Shown one piece after another: positions 10,164-20,581 of a stretch of DNA of 64,000 bases (the stretch's first letter is position 1; the number at the start of each line of letters is the position of its first letter). The position numbers were made by a program, and so were the translations under genes. The stretch comes from an uncultured Acidobacteriota bacterium (GTDB taxonomy: Bacteria; Acidobacteriota; Vicinamibacteria; Vicinamibacterales; Fen-181), in assembly GCA_963784455.1 (NCBI GenBank), contig CAWARN010000018.1:79541-143540 (forward strand), read 5' to 3'. The notes below the pieces were generated by a model. That model ran no database searches. It had not been told where the DNA came from and saw only the letters and a list, made by a program, of their open reading frames with translations.

Positions 10164-10841
10164 ATGCTGACCCGCGTTGACGCCGTTCTCTTCGACCTCG
10201 ACGGCACCCTCGTCGACACGATACCGCTCATCCTCGCGTGTTACCAGCACACGCTGGCCGCGCATCTGCCTGGATACGATCCCGGCCGGAAGGCGATCAT
10301 CGGCAACCTGGGCCGCTCGCTCGACGACATCCTGTTCGACTATGCCTCGGGCGCTGGCGCGGCCGATCCTGGGGCCACCTCGCGCGAGATGCTCACGACC
10401 TATCGAGCGTTCCAGCGGGAGACCCTCAGCCGGCTCATCCGCCCGTACGAGGGAATGCGCGAAGCGCTCGAGCAGCTGCGCGGGCGCGGCCTGACGCTCG
10501 GCCTTGTGACGAGCAAGGTGGAGTGGGCGGCGCGCGAGTGCTACGAGTACCACGGCCTTGGCGAGTTCCTCTCGATCGGCGTCTTCCACGACGACACCGA
10601 ACGGCACAAGCCCGACCCCCAGCCGCTGCTGTACGCCGCGGCGAAGGGCGGGCTGGATGCGGCGCGGACGGTGTACGTGGGTGACAGCGTGCACGACATG
10701 GCGGCGGGGAAGGCCGCGGGGATGCGGACGATTGCGGCGCTCTGGGGGCCCTTCGAGCGCGAGGACCTGGTGCGGGCCGGCGCCGACGAACTGGCGGAGC
10801 GGCCGGCGGATTTGCTGACGATCATCGCACCGGCCCACTGA
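10164..10841 (+). CDS. HAD-superfamily hydrolase (phosphoglycolate phosphatase / PpaX-like)
   Basis: MLTRVDAVLFDLDGTLVDT (motif I), LVTSK (motif II), VYVGDSVHDMAAGKAAG (motif IV). Confidence 0.85.
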   Translation: MLTRVDAVLFDLDGTLVDTIPLILACYQHTLAAHLPGYDPGRKAIIGNLGRSLDDILFDYASGAGAADPGATSREMLTTYRAFQRETLSRLIRPYEGMREALEQLRGRGLTLGLVTSKVEWAARECYEYHGLGEFLSIGVFHDDTERHKPDPQPLLYAAAKGGLDAARTVYVGDSVHDMAAGKAAGMRTIAALWGPFEREDLVRAGADELAERPADLLTIIAPAH

Positions 10842-10850
10842 TCGGCGTGC

Positions 10851-10954
10851 CGGCCGATGAGACGTCAGTCGTGGCCCGGTTCGTCGGCTCCGGGCTCCGC
10901 TCGGCGGACCTCGCAAGTCGCCCTTCGCGCCGACCCGGTCCGCGCCTGCCTCTC
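10851..10954 (+). repeat. About 104-nt structured intergenic repeat, copy A (copy B at 29166-29268, opposite strand)
   Basis: CCGATGAGACGTCAGTCGTGGCCCGGTTCGTCGGCTCCGGGCTCCG..AAGTCGCCCTTCGCGCCGACCCGGTCCGCGCCTGCCTCTC recurs as the reverse complement at 29166-29268, with a few substitutions and a 2-nt indel. Internal arms CCGG..GTCGGC / GCCGAC-CCGG can pair. Confidence 0.8.
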
Positions 10955-11193
10955 CGGCGCCGGCGGGCGAGGCGCCCGCCACGGGCCGACGGGCATTGTG
11001 GGATGCCCGCGCGAGCGAGCATGCGAGCAGTGCCGACGGTCGGCTGCACCAACCAGGAGCCGCAGGCGCAGACTCGCCCGGAGGCGCTCTGAGCCATGCC
11101 GACTGGCTCACGCGAATTCCACCGGCCGAGGCGACTGGTTCGGCACTGTCGAGCGCGAGCGAGGGCGGGCGCCCGCAATGACCGGAGGCCGCT

Positions 11194-11213
11194 CGCGGCG
11201 CTGAAGCGCCGCG
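11194..11213 (-). repeat. GC-rich 8-bp stem with UUCA tetraloop, 22 nt after the TonB-receptor stop
   Basis: CGCGGCGC-TGAA-GCGCCGCG on the + strand, so the minus-strand transcript has a UUCA loop. The architecture matches the hairpins at 18576, 20973 and 32981. No U-tract follows. Confidence 0.5.
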
Positions 11214-11235
11214 CCACAACGAGAGGTGCGGCAAG

Positions 11236-13959
11236 CTAGAACCGCGTCCTCCACATGATCGACAGGTTCCGCCCCGGCGCGTCGATGCCCCACGCGATGC
11301 CGCGATAGTTCTTGTCGGTCATGTTCTCGAAGTCGATCAACAGCTCGCTGTGGCCGCCGAACCGGAACGCACCCCTGACGCCGACCGTCGTGTAGCCAGC
11401 CACGTCCGTGTACAGCGGCGCGGAGGAAGCCGTGCCGAGCACGCGCGCCTGCACCTGCGCAAGCGTCTCTCCAGTCAGGGTCAGCGTGTCGTCGGCGTTC
11501 CCCGCCACGCCGTCAGGGCCCGGCGACACCCATCCCCTTACCGTCGCGCCGTTGTAGAAGAAGCTCTTGATGGCGCTGGTTGAACGCGTCGCGCCCGTCC
11601 GCCGGTCCTCGAGGTCGAGCGTCGAGAGCCGCGTCTGGCGCGCGGCGGCGTGCAGGTACCCCTCGACCCACCAGCGCGCCGACGGCAGCATGTAGCGGAC
11701 CTTCAGGTACCCGTCCGGCGCCGGCGTGCCCCCCTCGATGTTCGGCGGCGCGCCCGTCGCGCGGTCGGCCGCGTGCAGGTAGGTGAATTCGGTCTGCACC
11801 AGCCACGCCTTCGACACGTTCCAGCGCAGCGAGTGCTCGAACCCGTAGATGCGCGCGTCGCCGTAGTTGGTCCGCACCAGCACCGGCGACGTGCTCGCCG
11901 GGACGTAGACCACGCCGTTCGCCCCCTGGGACGAGATCACCTGGTCGCCGAGCGGCTGGCCGACGGCGCCCTGCGGCAGGATCAACGACTGGTAGGCGAT
12001 GTTGTCGTAGACGTCGTTGGCGAACGCGAAGAAGTCGGTGCTGAGCGACCCGCGGCGGTAGTGGACTCCCACCTCGTACGACAGGCTGGTTTCCGGCCAG
12101 ACCTGCTCGGTCGGTATGCCGGTCGACACCGCGCTCGCGTTGGCCGTCGACCCCACCGTCGCCCCCCGTCCCTCCACTTCCTTGGCCGACACCTGGTAGC
12201 CCGACCCGGTCAGCCCCACCGTGCCAAGGTCCGTGATACTCGGCGCGCGGAAGCCGCGGCTGACGTTCGCCGTGAAGCTCAGGCCATTGAGGTCAGGCGT
12301 CACCGAGACGCCCGCGCGAAACGACGCGTTCGACACGCTCAGAGAGTCGTCCGGCCATAGCCTCTGGCCGTTGACGACCGGGCTGTCGGTAGCGAGCGAT
12401 TTGTAGGCCGCCCAGCTATAGCGGGCATTCAGCAATACCTGCAGCCGGTTGGGGATGGCGTCGAAGACATCCTGCACGTAGCCCGCGCCGCTGCGGTAGG
12501 TTGCGTTGTCGGGCACGCGGCCGCGCCGGACTGACGTCACCTGAGTCACCGGGTTGTAGCCGGTAGACGGCGCGTGGACGCGCTCGGGGTAGTACTCGCC
12601 GCCGAACAGCAGGTTGTGCCGCTCGCCGAGCCGCTTGGTCGCCTGCGCCTGGAAACCTTGCGCGTTCGTCCGCTCGGGTTCGCTCGTGATCGTGTTCTTG
12701 GGGTTGCCGTTTCCGCCCTGGTTCACGCGCTCCTCGTACTGCGAGTTGTACGAGTAGCTGGCCGTCACTTGGTCGAACCATCCGAAGCCGACGCGCTGGT
12801 ACTTCGCATAGAAGAAGTCGAGCGAGAGGTCCCGCAGGTCCGCCAGCAGGTTGCCGTCGCCGCCGAGCAGTTGGTCGTACCGCTTGCCGTCCGGCTGCTG
12901 CGTCCGGCTGTAGTTCAGCATCACCTGCTGGTTGGCGGTCGGCGCCCAGTTCATGCGGACGTAGCCGCCGTAGTGGTTGAAGCCCGTCTCGGGCAGGTTC
13001 GCGGGCATCAGCCTGTCCGACGACACCCCGAGGAACCTGGTGACCGCCGCGTGCGAGTCGATCCCGCCGCCGGGGCGCATGTCGTTGACCGTCCGCCCCG
13101 CCACATTGCCGAAGATGCCGAACGTGCCGGCCTGGTAGCCGAGCGCCAGGTTGGCGCCGACGTTCGAGCTCGCGGTCCCGCCTCTCGCCGCGAAGATCCC
13201 GTGCACGCCGGCGCTTCCGACGCCCGCAAGCGATGGCACCTGGGTCAGGAACTGCACGCTGCCCCCCAGCGCGTCGCTGCCGTACTGCGCGCTGTTGGCG
13301 CCCCGCAACACCTCGACCCCCTGGAGGTTGGTCGGCTCGATGAAATCCAGGAACGTGTTGACGCCCCCTCGCGCCGTCGACGTGGAGTAGCGGACGCCGT
13401 CCACGAACACGTTCACCTTGGCGCCCGTCAGGCCCCGGACATAGATGCCGGCCATCGTCGGGCTCGTCCGCAGTAGGTGCACGCCGGTCTGCTCGGCCAC
13501 CGCCTGCCCGACCACCTCCTTGGCGTTCATCTCGATGCCGACCTCGTCGATGATCGTCACGGCCTGCCCGGTGGCGGCGACGTCCTGCACCATGCCCCGC
13601 GTTCCCGTCACGCTGACCGTCGTCTCCACTCCCTCGATCGCCAGCGTCACGGCGACGCCGTCGGCGCCGCCCTCGCCCGGCGCCACCGCCATGCGCGTTT
13701 CGGCGAAGCCCGGCGCCAGCACCACCAGCACGTAGCGACCCGGCCTCACCGTCGCGAACTCGAACCGCCCTCGGTCGTTGGTCTTCGTCGAGCCGACGAC
13801 CGTCTGCTCAGCCGTCTGCAGCGACACGCTGGCGCCGACGACCACGCCTCCGCTCGTATCGCGGACCGTGCCGGTCATACCGCCTTCGGTCGCGCCCGCG
13901 CCGGCCACGAGCGCTGCCAGGAAGAGAACCGTCAGGAAGAACACAAAGGGACGACGCAT
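11236..13959 (-). CDS. TonB-dependent receptor with N-terminal carboxypeptidase-regulatory-like domain
   Basis: MRRPFVFFLTVLFLAALVAGAGA signal, then GTVRDTSGGVVVGASVSL..DRGRFEF..RPGRYVL (CarboxypepD_reg), a plug region (VTIIDEVGIE..GVHLLR..GIYVRGL), a long beta-barrel and terminal ..NLSIMWRTRF. Confidence 0.9.
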   Translation of the reverse strand: MRRPFVFFLTVLFLAALVAGAGATEGGMTGTVRDTSGGVVVGASVSLQTAEQTVVGSTKTNDRGRFEFATVRPGRYVLVVLAPGFAETRMAVAPGEGGADGVAVTLAIEGVETTVSVTGTRGMVQDVAATGQAVTIIDEVGIEMNAKEVVGQAVAEQTGVHLLRTSPTMAGIYVRGLTGAKVNVFVDGVRYSTSTARGGVNTFLDFIEPTNLQGVEVLRGANSAQYGSDALGGSVQFLTQVPSLAGVGSAGVHGIFAARGGTASSNVGANLALGYQAGTFGIFGNVAGRTVNDMRPGGGIDSHAAVTRFLGVSSDRLMPANLPETGFNHYGGYVRMNWAPTANQQVMLNYSRTQQPDGKRYDQLLGGDGNLLADLRDLSLDFFYAKYQRVGFGWFDQVTASYSYNSQYEERVNQGGNGNPKNTITSEPERTNAQGFQAQATKRLGERHNLLFGGEYYPERVHAPSTGYNPVTQVTSVRRGRVPDNATYRSGAGYVQDVFDAIPNRLQVLLNARYSWAAYKSLATDSPVVNGQRLWPDDSLSVSNASFRAGVSVTPDLNGLSFTANVSRGFRAPSITDLGTVGLTGSGYQVSAKEVEGRGATVGSTANASAVSTGIPTEQVWPETSLSYEVGVHYRRGSLSTDFFAFANDVYDNIAYQSLILPQGAVGQPLGDQVISSQGANGVVYVPASTSPVLVRTNYGDARIYGFEHSLRWNVSKAWLVQTEFTYLHAADRATGAPPNIEGGTPAPDGYLKVRYMLPSARWWVEGYLHAAARQTRLSTLDLEDRRTGATRSTSAIKSFFYNGATVRGWVSPGPDGVAGNADDTLTLTGETLAQVQARVLGTASSAPLYTDVAGYTTVGVRGAFRFGGHSELLIDFENMTDKNYRGIAWGIDAPGRNLSIMWRTRF

Positions 13960-14112
13960 CAGCCGACTCCTCGGGAAATGGGGGCCTCGGCCTGCTCGAT
14001 GCCAAAGCTCACGGAGTATTGGCCAAATCGCCATCTACTACCAGCGGTCGTAGTCAGGGGCGGCTCTCGGCCCAGGGCTCTTGGCTCCCGGCTTTGGTCT
14101 ACAATCCTCAAC

Positions 14113-15294
14113 ATGGGTTCCATCGATCCGGCCGCCGCGCAGCTGTCGGCGGATGAGATCCGCCGCTACAGCCGGCACCTGGTGCTGCCAGAAGTCGGCC
14201 TCGCGGGACAGCGGGCGATCAAGGCCGCGAAGGTCCTCTGCGTCGGCGCCGGGGGCCTGGGTTCTCCGGTCTCCATGTATCTCGCCGCGGCAGGCGTCGG
14301 CACCCTCGGCCTCGTCGACTACGACGTCGTCGACTTCAGCAACCTGCATCGGCAGATCCTGCACATGACCCGCGACGTCGGCCGGCCGAAGATCGAGTCG
14401 GCCCGCGAGCGGCTGACGGGGATCAACCCGGAGGTTCGCGTCGAGACCCACGCGTTCGCGCTGTGCTCCGCAAACGCCCTCGACCTCGTCTCGCGCTACG
14501 ACATCGTGGTGGACGGCTCCGACAACTTCCCGACGCGCTACCTCGTGAACGACGCGTGCGTGCTCATGCGCCGGCCGTACGTGTACGGCAGCATCTTCCG
14601 CTTCGAAGGCCAGGCCTCCGTATTCGCCGCCCCCGGCGGCCCCTGCTACCGGTGCCTCTACCCCGAGCCGCCGCCGCCCGGCCTCGTTCCGAGCTGCGCC
14701 GAAGGGGGCGTGCTCGGCGTCGTCCCCGGCATCATCGGCACCATCCAGGCCGCCGAGGCGCTGAAGCTGATCCTGAAGGCCGGCGAGACGCTCGTCGGCC
14801 GGATTCTGATTCTGGACTCCCTCGGGATGAAGTTCCGCGAGATTCGCCTCGCGCGCGACCCCGAGTGCCCGGTGTGCGGCGACGACCCGAGCATCCGCGC
14901 GCTGCAGGACTACGAGCAGTTCTGCGGGACGACGATTCCGGGCCAGGCAACCGAGACAGCCGGGACGACCGGGGCCGCCGACTTCGACGTCGCTCCCGAG
15001 GATCTCTACCGCGCCGTCGCGCAGGGCCGAACGCCGCTCCTGCTGGACGTCCGCGAACCGATGGAATTCCAGCTCGCGCGGCTGCCGGGCGCGCTCCTCA
15101 TCCCACTCGGCAGCCTCGCCGAGAGGCTCGGCGACATCGACGGCACCCGCGACATCGTCGTCTACTGCCACCACGGCATCCGCAGCGTCCAGGCCACGCA
15201 TCTGCTGCGGGCGGCCGGCTTTCACGCCCGAAACCTCACGGGCGGGATCGCGGCCTGGGCCGACCGGGTCGATCCGACGATGGTGCGGTACTGA
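14113..15294 (+). CDS. moeB: Molybdopterin-synthase adenylyltransferase (MoeB/MoeZ type) with C-terminal rhodanese domain
   Basis: YSRHLVLPEVGLAGQRAIKAAKVLCVGAGGLGSP (ThiF/MoeB nucleotide fold), CYRCLYPEPP..PSCAEGGVLG, CPVCG, then rhodanese LLLDVREPMEF...VVYCHHGIRS. Confidence 0.9.
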   Translation: MGSIDPAAAQLSADEIRRYSRHLVLPEVGLAGQRAIKAAKVLCVGAGGLGSPVSMYLAAAGVGTLGLVDYDVVDFSNLHRQILHMTRDVGRPKIESARERLTGINPEVRVETHAFALCSANALDLVSRYDIVVDGSDNFPTRYLVNDACVLMRRPYVYGSIFRFEGQASVFAAPGGPCYRCLYPEPPPPGLVPSCAEGGVLGVVPGIIGTIQAAEALKLILKAGETLVGRILILDSLGMKFREIRLARDPECPVCGDDPSIRALQDYEQFCGTTIPGQATETAGTTGAADFDVAPEDLYRAVAQGRTPLLLDVREPMEFQLARLPGALLIPLGSLAERLGDIDGTRDIVVYCHHGIRSVQATHLLRAAGFHARNLTGGIAAWADRVDPTMVRY

Positions 15295-15355
15295 CGACAG
15301 CCCAGCATCTCGCGATTTTGCGAACTGGCGATCTTGCGAAGTGGTGTCCGCTGGT

Positions 15356-15384
15356 TTGCATTTCGGCTGCCGGTTCCCTAAAAT
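15356..15384 (+). promoter_or_regulatory. Sigma-70-like promoter of the isc operon with a possible IscR site just downstream
   Basis: TTGCAT (15356-15361), 17-nt spacer, TAAAAT (15379-15384). It is followed by ATAGGACTACTGAGGTCGTATTT, which resembles Rrf2/IscR-type operators. Confidence 0.45.
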
Positions 15385-15417
15385 AGGACTACTGAGGTCG
15401 TATTTAAGATTGCCCCT

Positions 15418-15882
15418 ATGCTCAGGCTGTCGAAGAAGGCCGATTACGCGCTGATCGCCATGAAACACCTGGCCCTCCGTGAGGGACAGGGCTCGGCCAG
15501 CGCACGCGAAATCGCGGAGCGGTCCTCGATTCCCGTCGAGTTGATGGCGAAAGTGCTGCAGCGGTTGGCTCGGCGGGGTCTGCTCTCGTCCCAGCAGGGC
15601 ACCCGTGGCGGCTATCAGTTGACCAGAGATTCGGAGACTATTTCGGTCGCTGATGTCATCCAGGCGATTGACGGCCCGTTGACCGTCACCGCCTGCTCCG
15701 CCCATAACGAGCGCTGCGGGCAGTTTGCGACGTGCAACGTCCGCGACCCGCTCTGGAAGATCCGCGAGCTGATCGTCACGGCGCTCTCGACGTGCTCCGT
15801 GTCCGAGATGGCCTCGGAAACCACCGTCGTCGCGTCCGCCGCGGCAGTGCCGCAGCCGGTCGCCACACCCCAGGCAGGATAG
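15418..15882 (+). CDS. iscR: Rrf2-family Fe-S cluster regulator IscR
   Basis: [19 protein letters not shown]...[42 protein letters not shown], plus the Cys cluster [14 protein letters not shown]. It lies directly upstream of iscS. Confidence 0.85.
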   Translation: MLRLSKKADYALIAMKHLALREGQGSASAREIAERSSIPVELMAKVLQRLARRGLLSSQQGTRGGYQLTRDSETISVADVIQAIDGPLTVTACSAHNERCGQFATCNVRDPLWKIRELIVTALSTCSVSEMASETTVVASAAAVPQPVATPQAG

Positions 15883-15890
15883 CTGAGACG

Positions 15891-17099
15891 ATGCTGACGC
15901 TTCCGATCTACATGGACAACCACGCCACGACGCCGCTCGACCCTCGGGCGCTCGAGGCGATGATGCCGTATCTCACCGACCGTTTCGGCAACGCCGCGAG
16001 CCGCAACCATGCCTTCGGCTGGCAGGCCGAGGAAGCGGTGGAGGTGGCGCGCAAGCAGGTGGCGGCGCTGATTGGCGCGACGGCGAAGGAGATCGTCTTC
16101 ACGAGCGGCGCGACCGAGTCCGATAACCTCGCGATCAAGGGCGCGGCCCACATGTATCGCGAGAAGGGCAACCACATCATCACCGTTGTCACCGAGCACA
16201 AGGCGGTCATCGACACGTGCAAGCGCCTCGAGAAGGAGGGCTTCGACGTGACGTACCTGCCGGTCGGGCGAGACGGCCTCGTCGATCTGGATCAGCTCCG
16301 CGCGGCCATCACCGGCCGCACGATTCTCGTCAGCATCATGGCGGCCAACAACGAGGTCGGCGTGCTGCAGCCGATCGCCGAGATTGGCAGAATCACGCGC
16401 GAGCGCGGCGTGCTGTTCCACACCGACGCGGTGCAGGCGGCGGGGAAGGTGCCGTTCGACGTCGACGCGGCGTTCGTCGACATGGCGTCGCTGTCGGCGC
16501 ACAAGATGTACGGCCCGAAAGGCGTCGGCGCGCTCTACGTGCGGCGCCGGAACCCGCGGGTGTTGCTGACGCCGATCATCGACGGCGGCGGCCACGAGCG
16601 CGGCATGCGCTCCGGCACACTGAACGTGCCGGGCATCGTCGGGTTTGGCCAGGCGGCCGCGCTCTGCCGCGAGGAGCTGCCGGCCGAATCCGCGCGCGTG
16701 GCGGCGCTCCGCGATCGGCTCCACGACGGGCTTCGCCGGAATCTCGAGGACATCTTCGTCAACGGGTCGATGACGCACCGGCTGCCCGGGAACCTGAACC
16801 TGAGCTTCGCCTACGTCGAGGGCGAGTCGCTGCTGATGGGAATCGGCGACGTGGCGGTGTCGTCGGGGTCGGCGTGCACGTCGGCAACGCTCGAGCCGTC
16901 GTACGTGCTGAAGGCGCTCGGCGTCGGCGACGAGCTGGCGCACTCGTCGATCCGGTTCGGCCTCGGCCGGTTCAATACCGAGGAGGAAGTGGATTTCGTC
17001 GTCGACAAGCTGTCGGCGGTGGTCGTGCGGCTGCGGGAGATGTCGCCGCTCTACGAATTCGCGAGGGAGAGCGGGAAGCTGCTGAAGATGGCGGACTGA
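15891..17099 (+). CDS. iscS: Cysteine desulfurase IscS
   Basis: [41 protein letters not shown]...[20 protein letters not shown]...[17 protein letters not shown]. Confidence 0.95.
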   Translation: MLTLPIYMDNHATTPLDPRALEAMMPYLTDRFGNAASRNHAFGWQAEEAVEVARKQVAALIGATAKEIVFTSGATESDNLAIKGAAHMYREKGNHIITVVTEHKAVIDTCKRLEKEGFDVTYLPVGRDGLVDLDQLRAAITGRTILVSIMAANNEVGVLQPIAEIGRITRERGVLFHTDAVQAAGKVPFDVDAAFVDMASLSAHKMYGPKGVGALYVRRRNPRVLLTPIIDGGGHERGMRSGTLNVPGIVGFGQAAALCREELPAESARVAALRDRLHDGLRRNLEDIFVNGSMTHRLPGNLNLSFAYVEGESLLMGIGDVAVSSGSACTSATLEPSYVLKALGVGDELAHSSIRFGLGRFNTEEEVDFVVDKLSAVVVRLREMSPLYEFARESGKLLKMAD

Positions 17100-17134
17100 G
17101 CGCCGCCTGCGTTCGCGCCGCGCCGGAGGGAACG

Positions 17135-17530
17135 ATGTCGTATTCGGAGAAGGTCATCGATCACTACAACAACCCGCGCAACGTCGGGGCGCTGCCCAAG
17201 GACGATGCGACGGTTGGCACGGGGCTGGTCGGGGCGCCGGAGTGCGGCGATGTGATGAAGCTGCAGGTCAAGGTGAACCCCGAGACGGGCGTCATCGACG
17301 ACGCGAAGTTCAAGACGTTCGGGTGCGGCTCGGCGATCGCGAGCTCGAGCCTGGCGACCGAGTGGCTGAAGGGCAAGACGCTGGAGCAGGCGCTCGAGAT
17401 CAAGAACGTGGACATCGTGCAGGAGCTGAGCCTTCCGCCGGTCAAGATCCACTGTTCGGTGCTGGCCGAGGATGCGATCAAGGCGGCGATTGCCGACTAC
17501 AAGCGGAAGCAGGGGAATGGGAACTCATGA
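17135..17530 (+). CDS. iscU: Fe-S cluster scaffold IscU
   Basis: MSYSEKVIDHYNNPRNVGALP...GAPECGDVMKLQVKV...FKTFGCGSAIASSS...LPPVKIHCSVLAEDAIKAAI. Confidence 0.95.
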   Translation: MSYSEKVIDHYNNPRNVGALPKDDATVGTGLVGAPECGDVMKLQVKVNPETGVIDDAKFKTFGCGSAIASSSLATEWLKGKTLEQALEIKNVDIVQELSLPPVKIHCSVLAEDAIKAAIADYKRKQGNGNS

Positions 17531-17853
17531 TTCAAGTGACCGAGACGGCAGCTAAGCGCATCAAGATGCTGATGGCCAAGCAGGGGCTGGCCGAGGGCGG
17601 CCTCCGCGTGGGCATCAAGGGCGGCGGGTGCTCGGGCCTGAGCTACACGTTCGCGTGGGAGACCGAGGCGCGGGTCGGCGACGAAGTCATCGAGGGCCCC
17701 GACAGCACGAGGATCTTCGTAGACAAGAAGAGCTTCATCTACCTGAACAACACGGTTCTCGACTACGACACGAGCCTGATGAGCAAGGGCTTCGTGTTCC
17801 AGAACCCGAACGCCAAGGGGACGTGCGGCTGCGGCACGTCGTTCACGGTCTAG
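17527..17853 (+). CDS. iscA: Fe-S cluster insertion protein IscA
   Basis: MIQVTETAAKRIKMLM...LRVGIKGGGCSGLSY...FQNPNAKGTCGCGTSFTV. ATGA overlap with the iscU stop. Confidence 0.9.
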   Translation: MIQVTETAAKRIKMLMAKQGLAEGGLRVGIKGGGCSGLSYTFAWETEARVGDEVIEGPDSTRIFVDKKSFIYLNNTVLDYDTSLMSKGFVFQNPNAKGTCGCGTSFTV

Positions 17854-17863
17854 CGGAGGCGGC

Positions 17864-18561
17864 GTGTCGAGCGAAATGCGGACGCTGGTGCTTCAGTCCT
17901 GTCGGCATTGCGGCGCGGGCGCGCCGACCGAGGTCCACTTCTGCCCCCAGTGCGAGCGGATTCTGACGCTGACTCGCCACGGCGACTACTTCAGCTTCTT
18001 CGGCCTTCCGCGCAAGCTCGTCGTCGACCTGGCGGATCTCGACGTCAGATTCCGCCGCTTGAGCCGGCAGTTCCACCCCGACTACTTCTACACGGCATCG
18101 GGCCCGGAGCGGCTCGCGAGCCTCGAGCGCGCGTCGTACCTGAATGACGCGTATCGCGTGCTGCGGCAGCCGTTGGATCGGGCGGAGTACTTCTCAAGCT
18201 CGAGGGGCTGCCGAGCGTCGGCACGCATCAGGACGCGCAGGAACTGCCGGCGGGTGTGCTCGAGGAGATGTTCGCGCTCAACGAGGAGCTCGACGAGATC
18301 CGTGGGGCTCGCGAGGCGGGCGCCTCCCCCGAGCAGCTCGGCGCGCGGATCGAGGCGGCCCGGCGGCCGGTTGAGGAGCGGGCGGCCCGGCAGGAGGCGC
18401 AGCTCGAGGCGCTGTTCCTGCGGTGGGACAAGCAGGTGGACGAGCAGGCGCCGCGCGACGTGCAGCGCGCGACGCTGGAGTCGATTCGCGGCCTGCTGCA
18501 GGAGCGGAGCTACATCGCGAACCTGATTGCCACCGCGAGCCGCGAGGGCGGCCAGTCATAG
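17864..18561 (+). CDS. hscB: Co-chaperone HscB (J-domain) with N-terminal CxxC..CxxC module; one frame break near 18192
   Basis: [22 protein letters not shown], then the J-domain [11 protein letters not shown]...[10 protein letters not shown] (HPD). After ..LDRAEY the sensible frame changes to [37 protein letters not shown]...[11 protein letters not shown] (frame of ORF 18256..18561). Confidence 0.75.
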
Positions 18562-18575
18562 ACTAGACGTCGTAG

Positions 18576-18595
18576 CGCGGGTCTTCAGACCCGCG
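18576..18595 (+). repeat. GTAG-CGCGGGTC-TTCA-GACCCGCG hairpin, 14 nt after the hscB stop
   Basis: Perfect 8-bp stem with a TTCA loop. The same 20-mer occurs at 20973-20992 and 32981-33000. Confidence 0.6.
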
Positions 18596-18610
18596 TTCGG
18601 TCATCGCGCC

Positions 18611-20470
<1,860 letters not shown>

Positions 20471-20473
20471 AAA

Positions 20474-20558
20474 TGATCAGTGGCTAGTGGTCAGTGACTA
20501 GTGATCAGTGGATCACGCGTGATCGACTAGCCACTAGCCACTGCCCACCGGCCACTAC
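20474..20558. repeat. About 85-nt lower-GC palindromic element, copy A (between hscA and fdx)
   Basis: TGATCAGTGGCTAGTGGTCAGTGACTAGTGATCAGTGGATCACGCGTGATCGACTAGCCACTAGCCACTG.. has long imperfect inverted arms around a CACGCGTG centre. A related copy lies in the opposite orientation at 27823-27900. Confidence 0.75.
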
Positions 20559-20581
20559 GGCCCGCAACGCGAGCGGTCCCT

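Noticed and set aside
8994-11234. 746-aa ORF read as one protein
   Set aside because: Only the distal 370 codons (GTG 10106 onward) show aminotransferase motifs. The upstream part runs antisense through the HAD gene and the repeat-rich intergenic region.
13477-15294. 605-aa ORF including 212 codons upstream of MoeB
   Set aside because: The upstream part is antisense to the TonB receptor N-terminus and is Arg/His-rich nonsense. The MoeB homology begins at ATG 14113.
14038-15705. 555-aa ORF on the minus strand, opposite moeB and iscR
   Set aside because: Arg/Ala/Gly-rich translation with no recognisable motif. It is exactly antisense to two genes with strong motifs. Long shadow ORFs of this kind are typical of GC-rich DNA. 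The same reasoning applies to 15615..16943 (-), 18563..20062 (-), 22673..24073 (+), 32211..34487 (-), 53871..55151 (-) and 56596..58470 (+).
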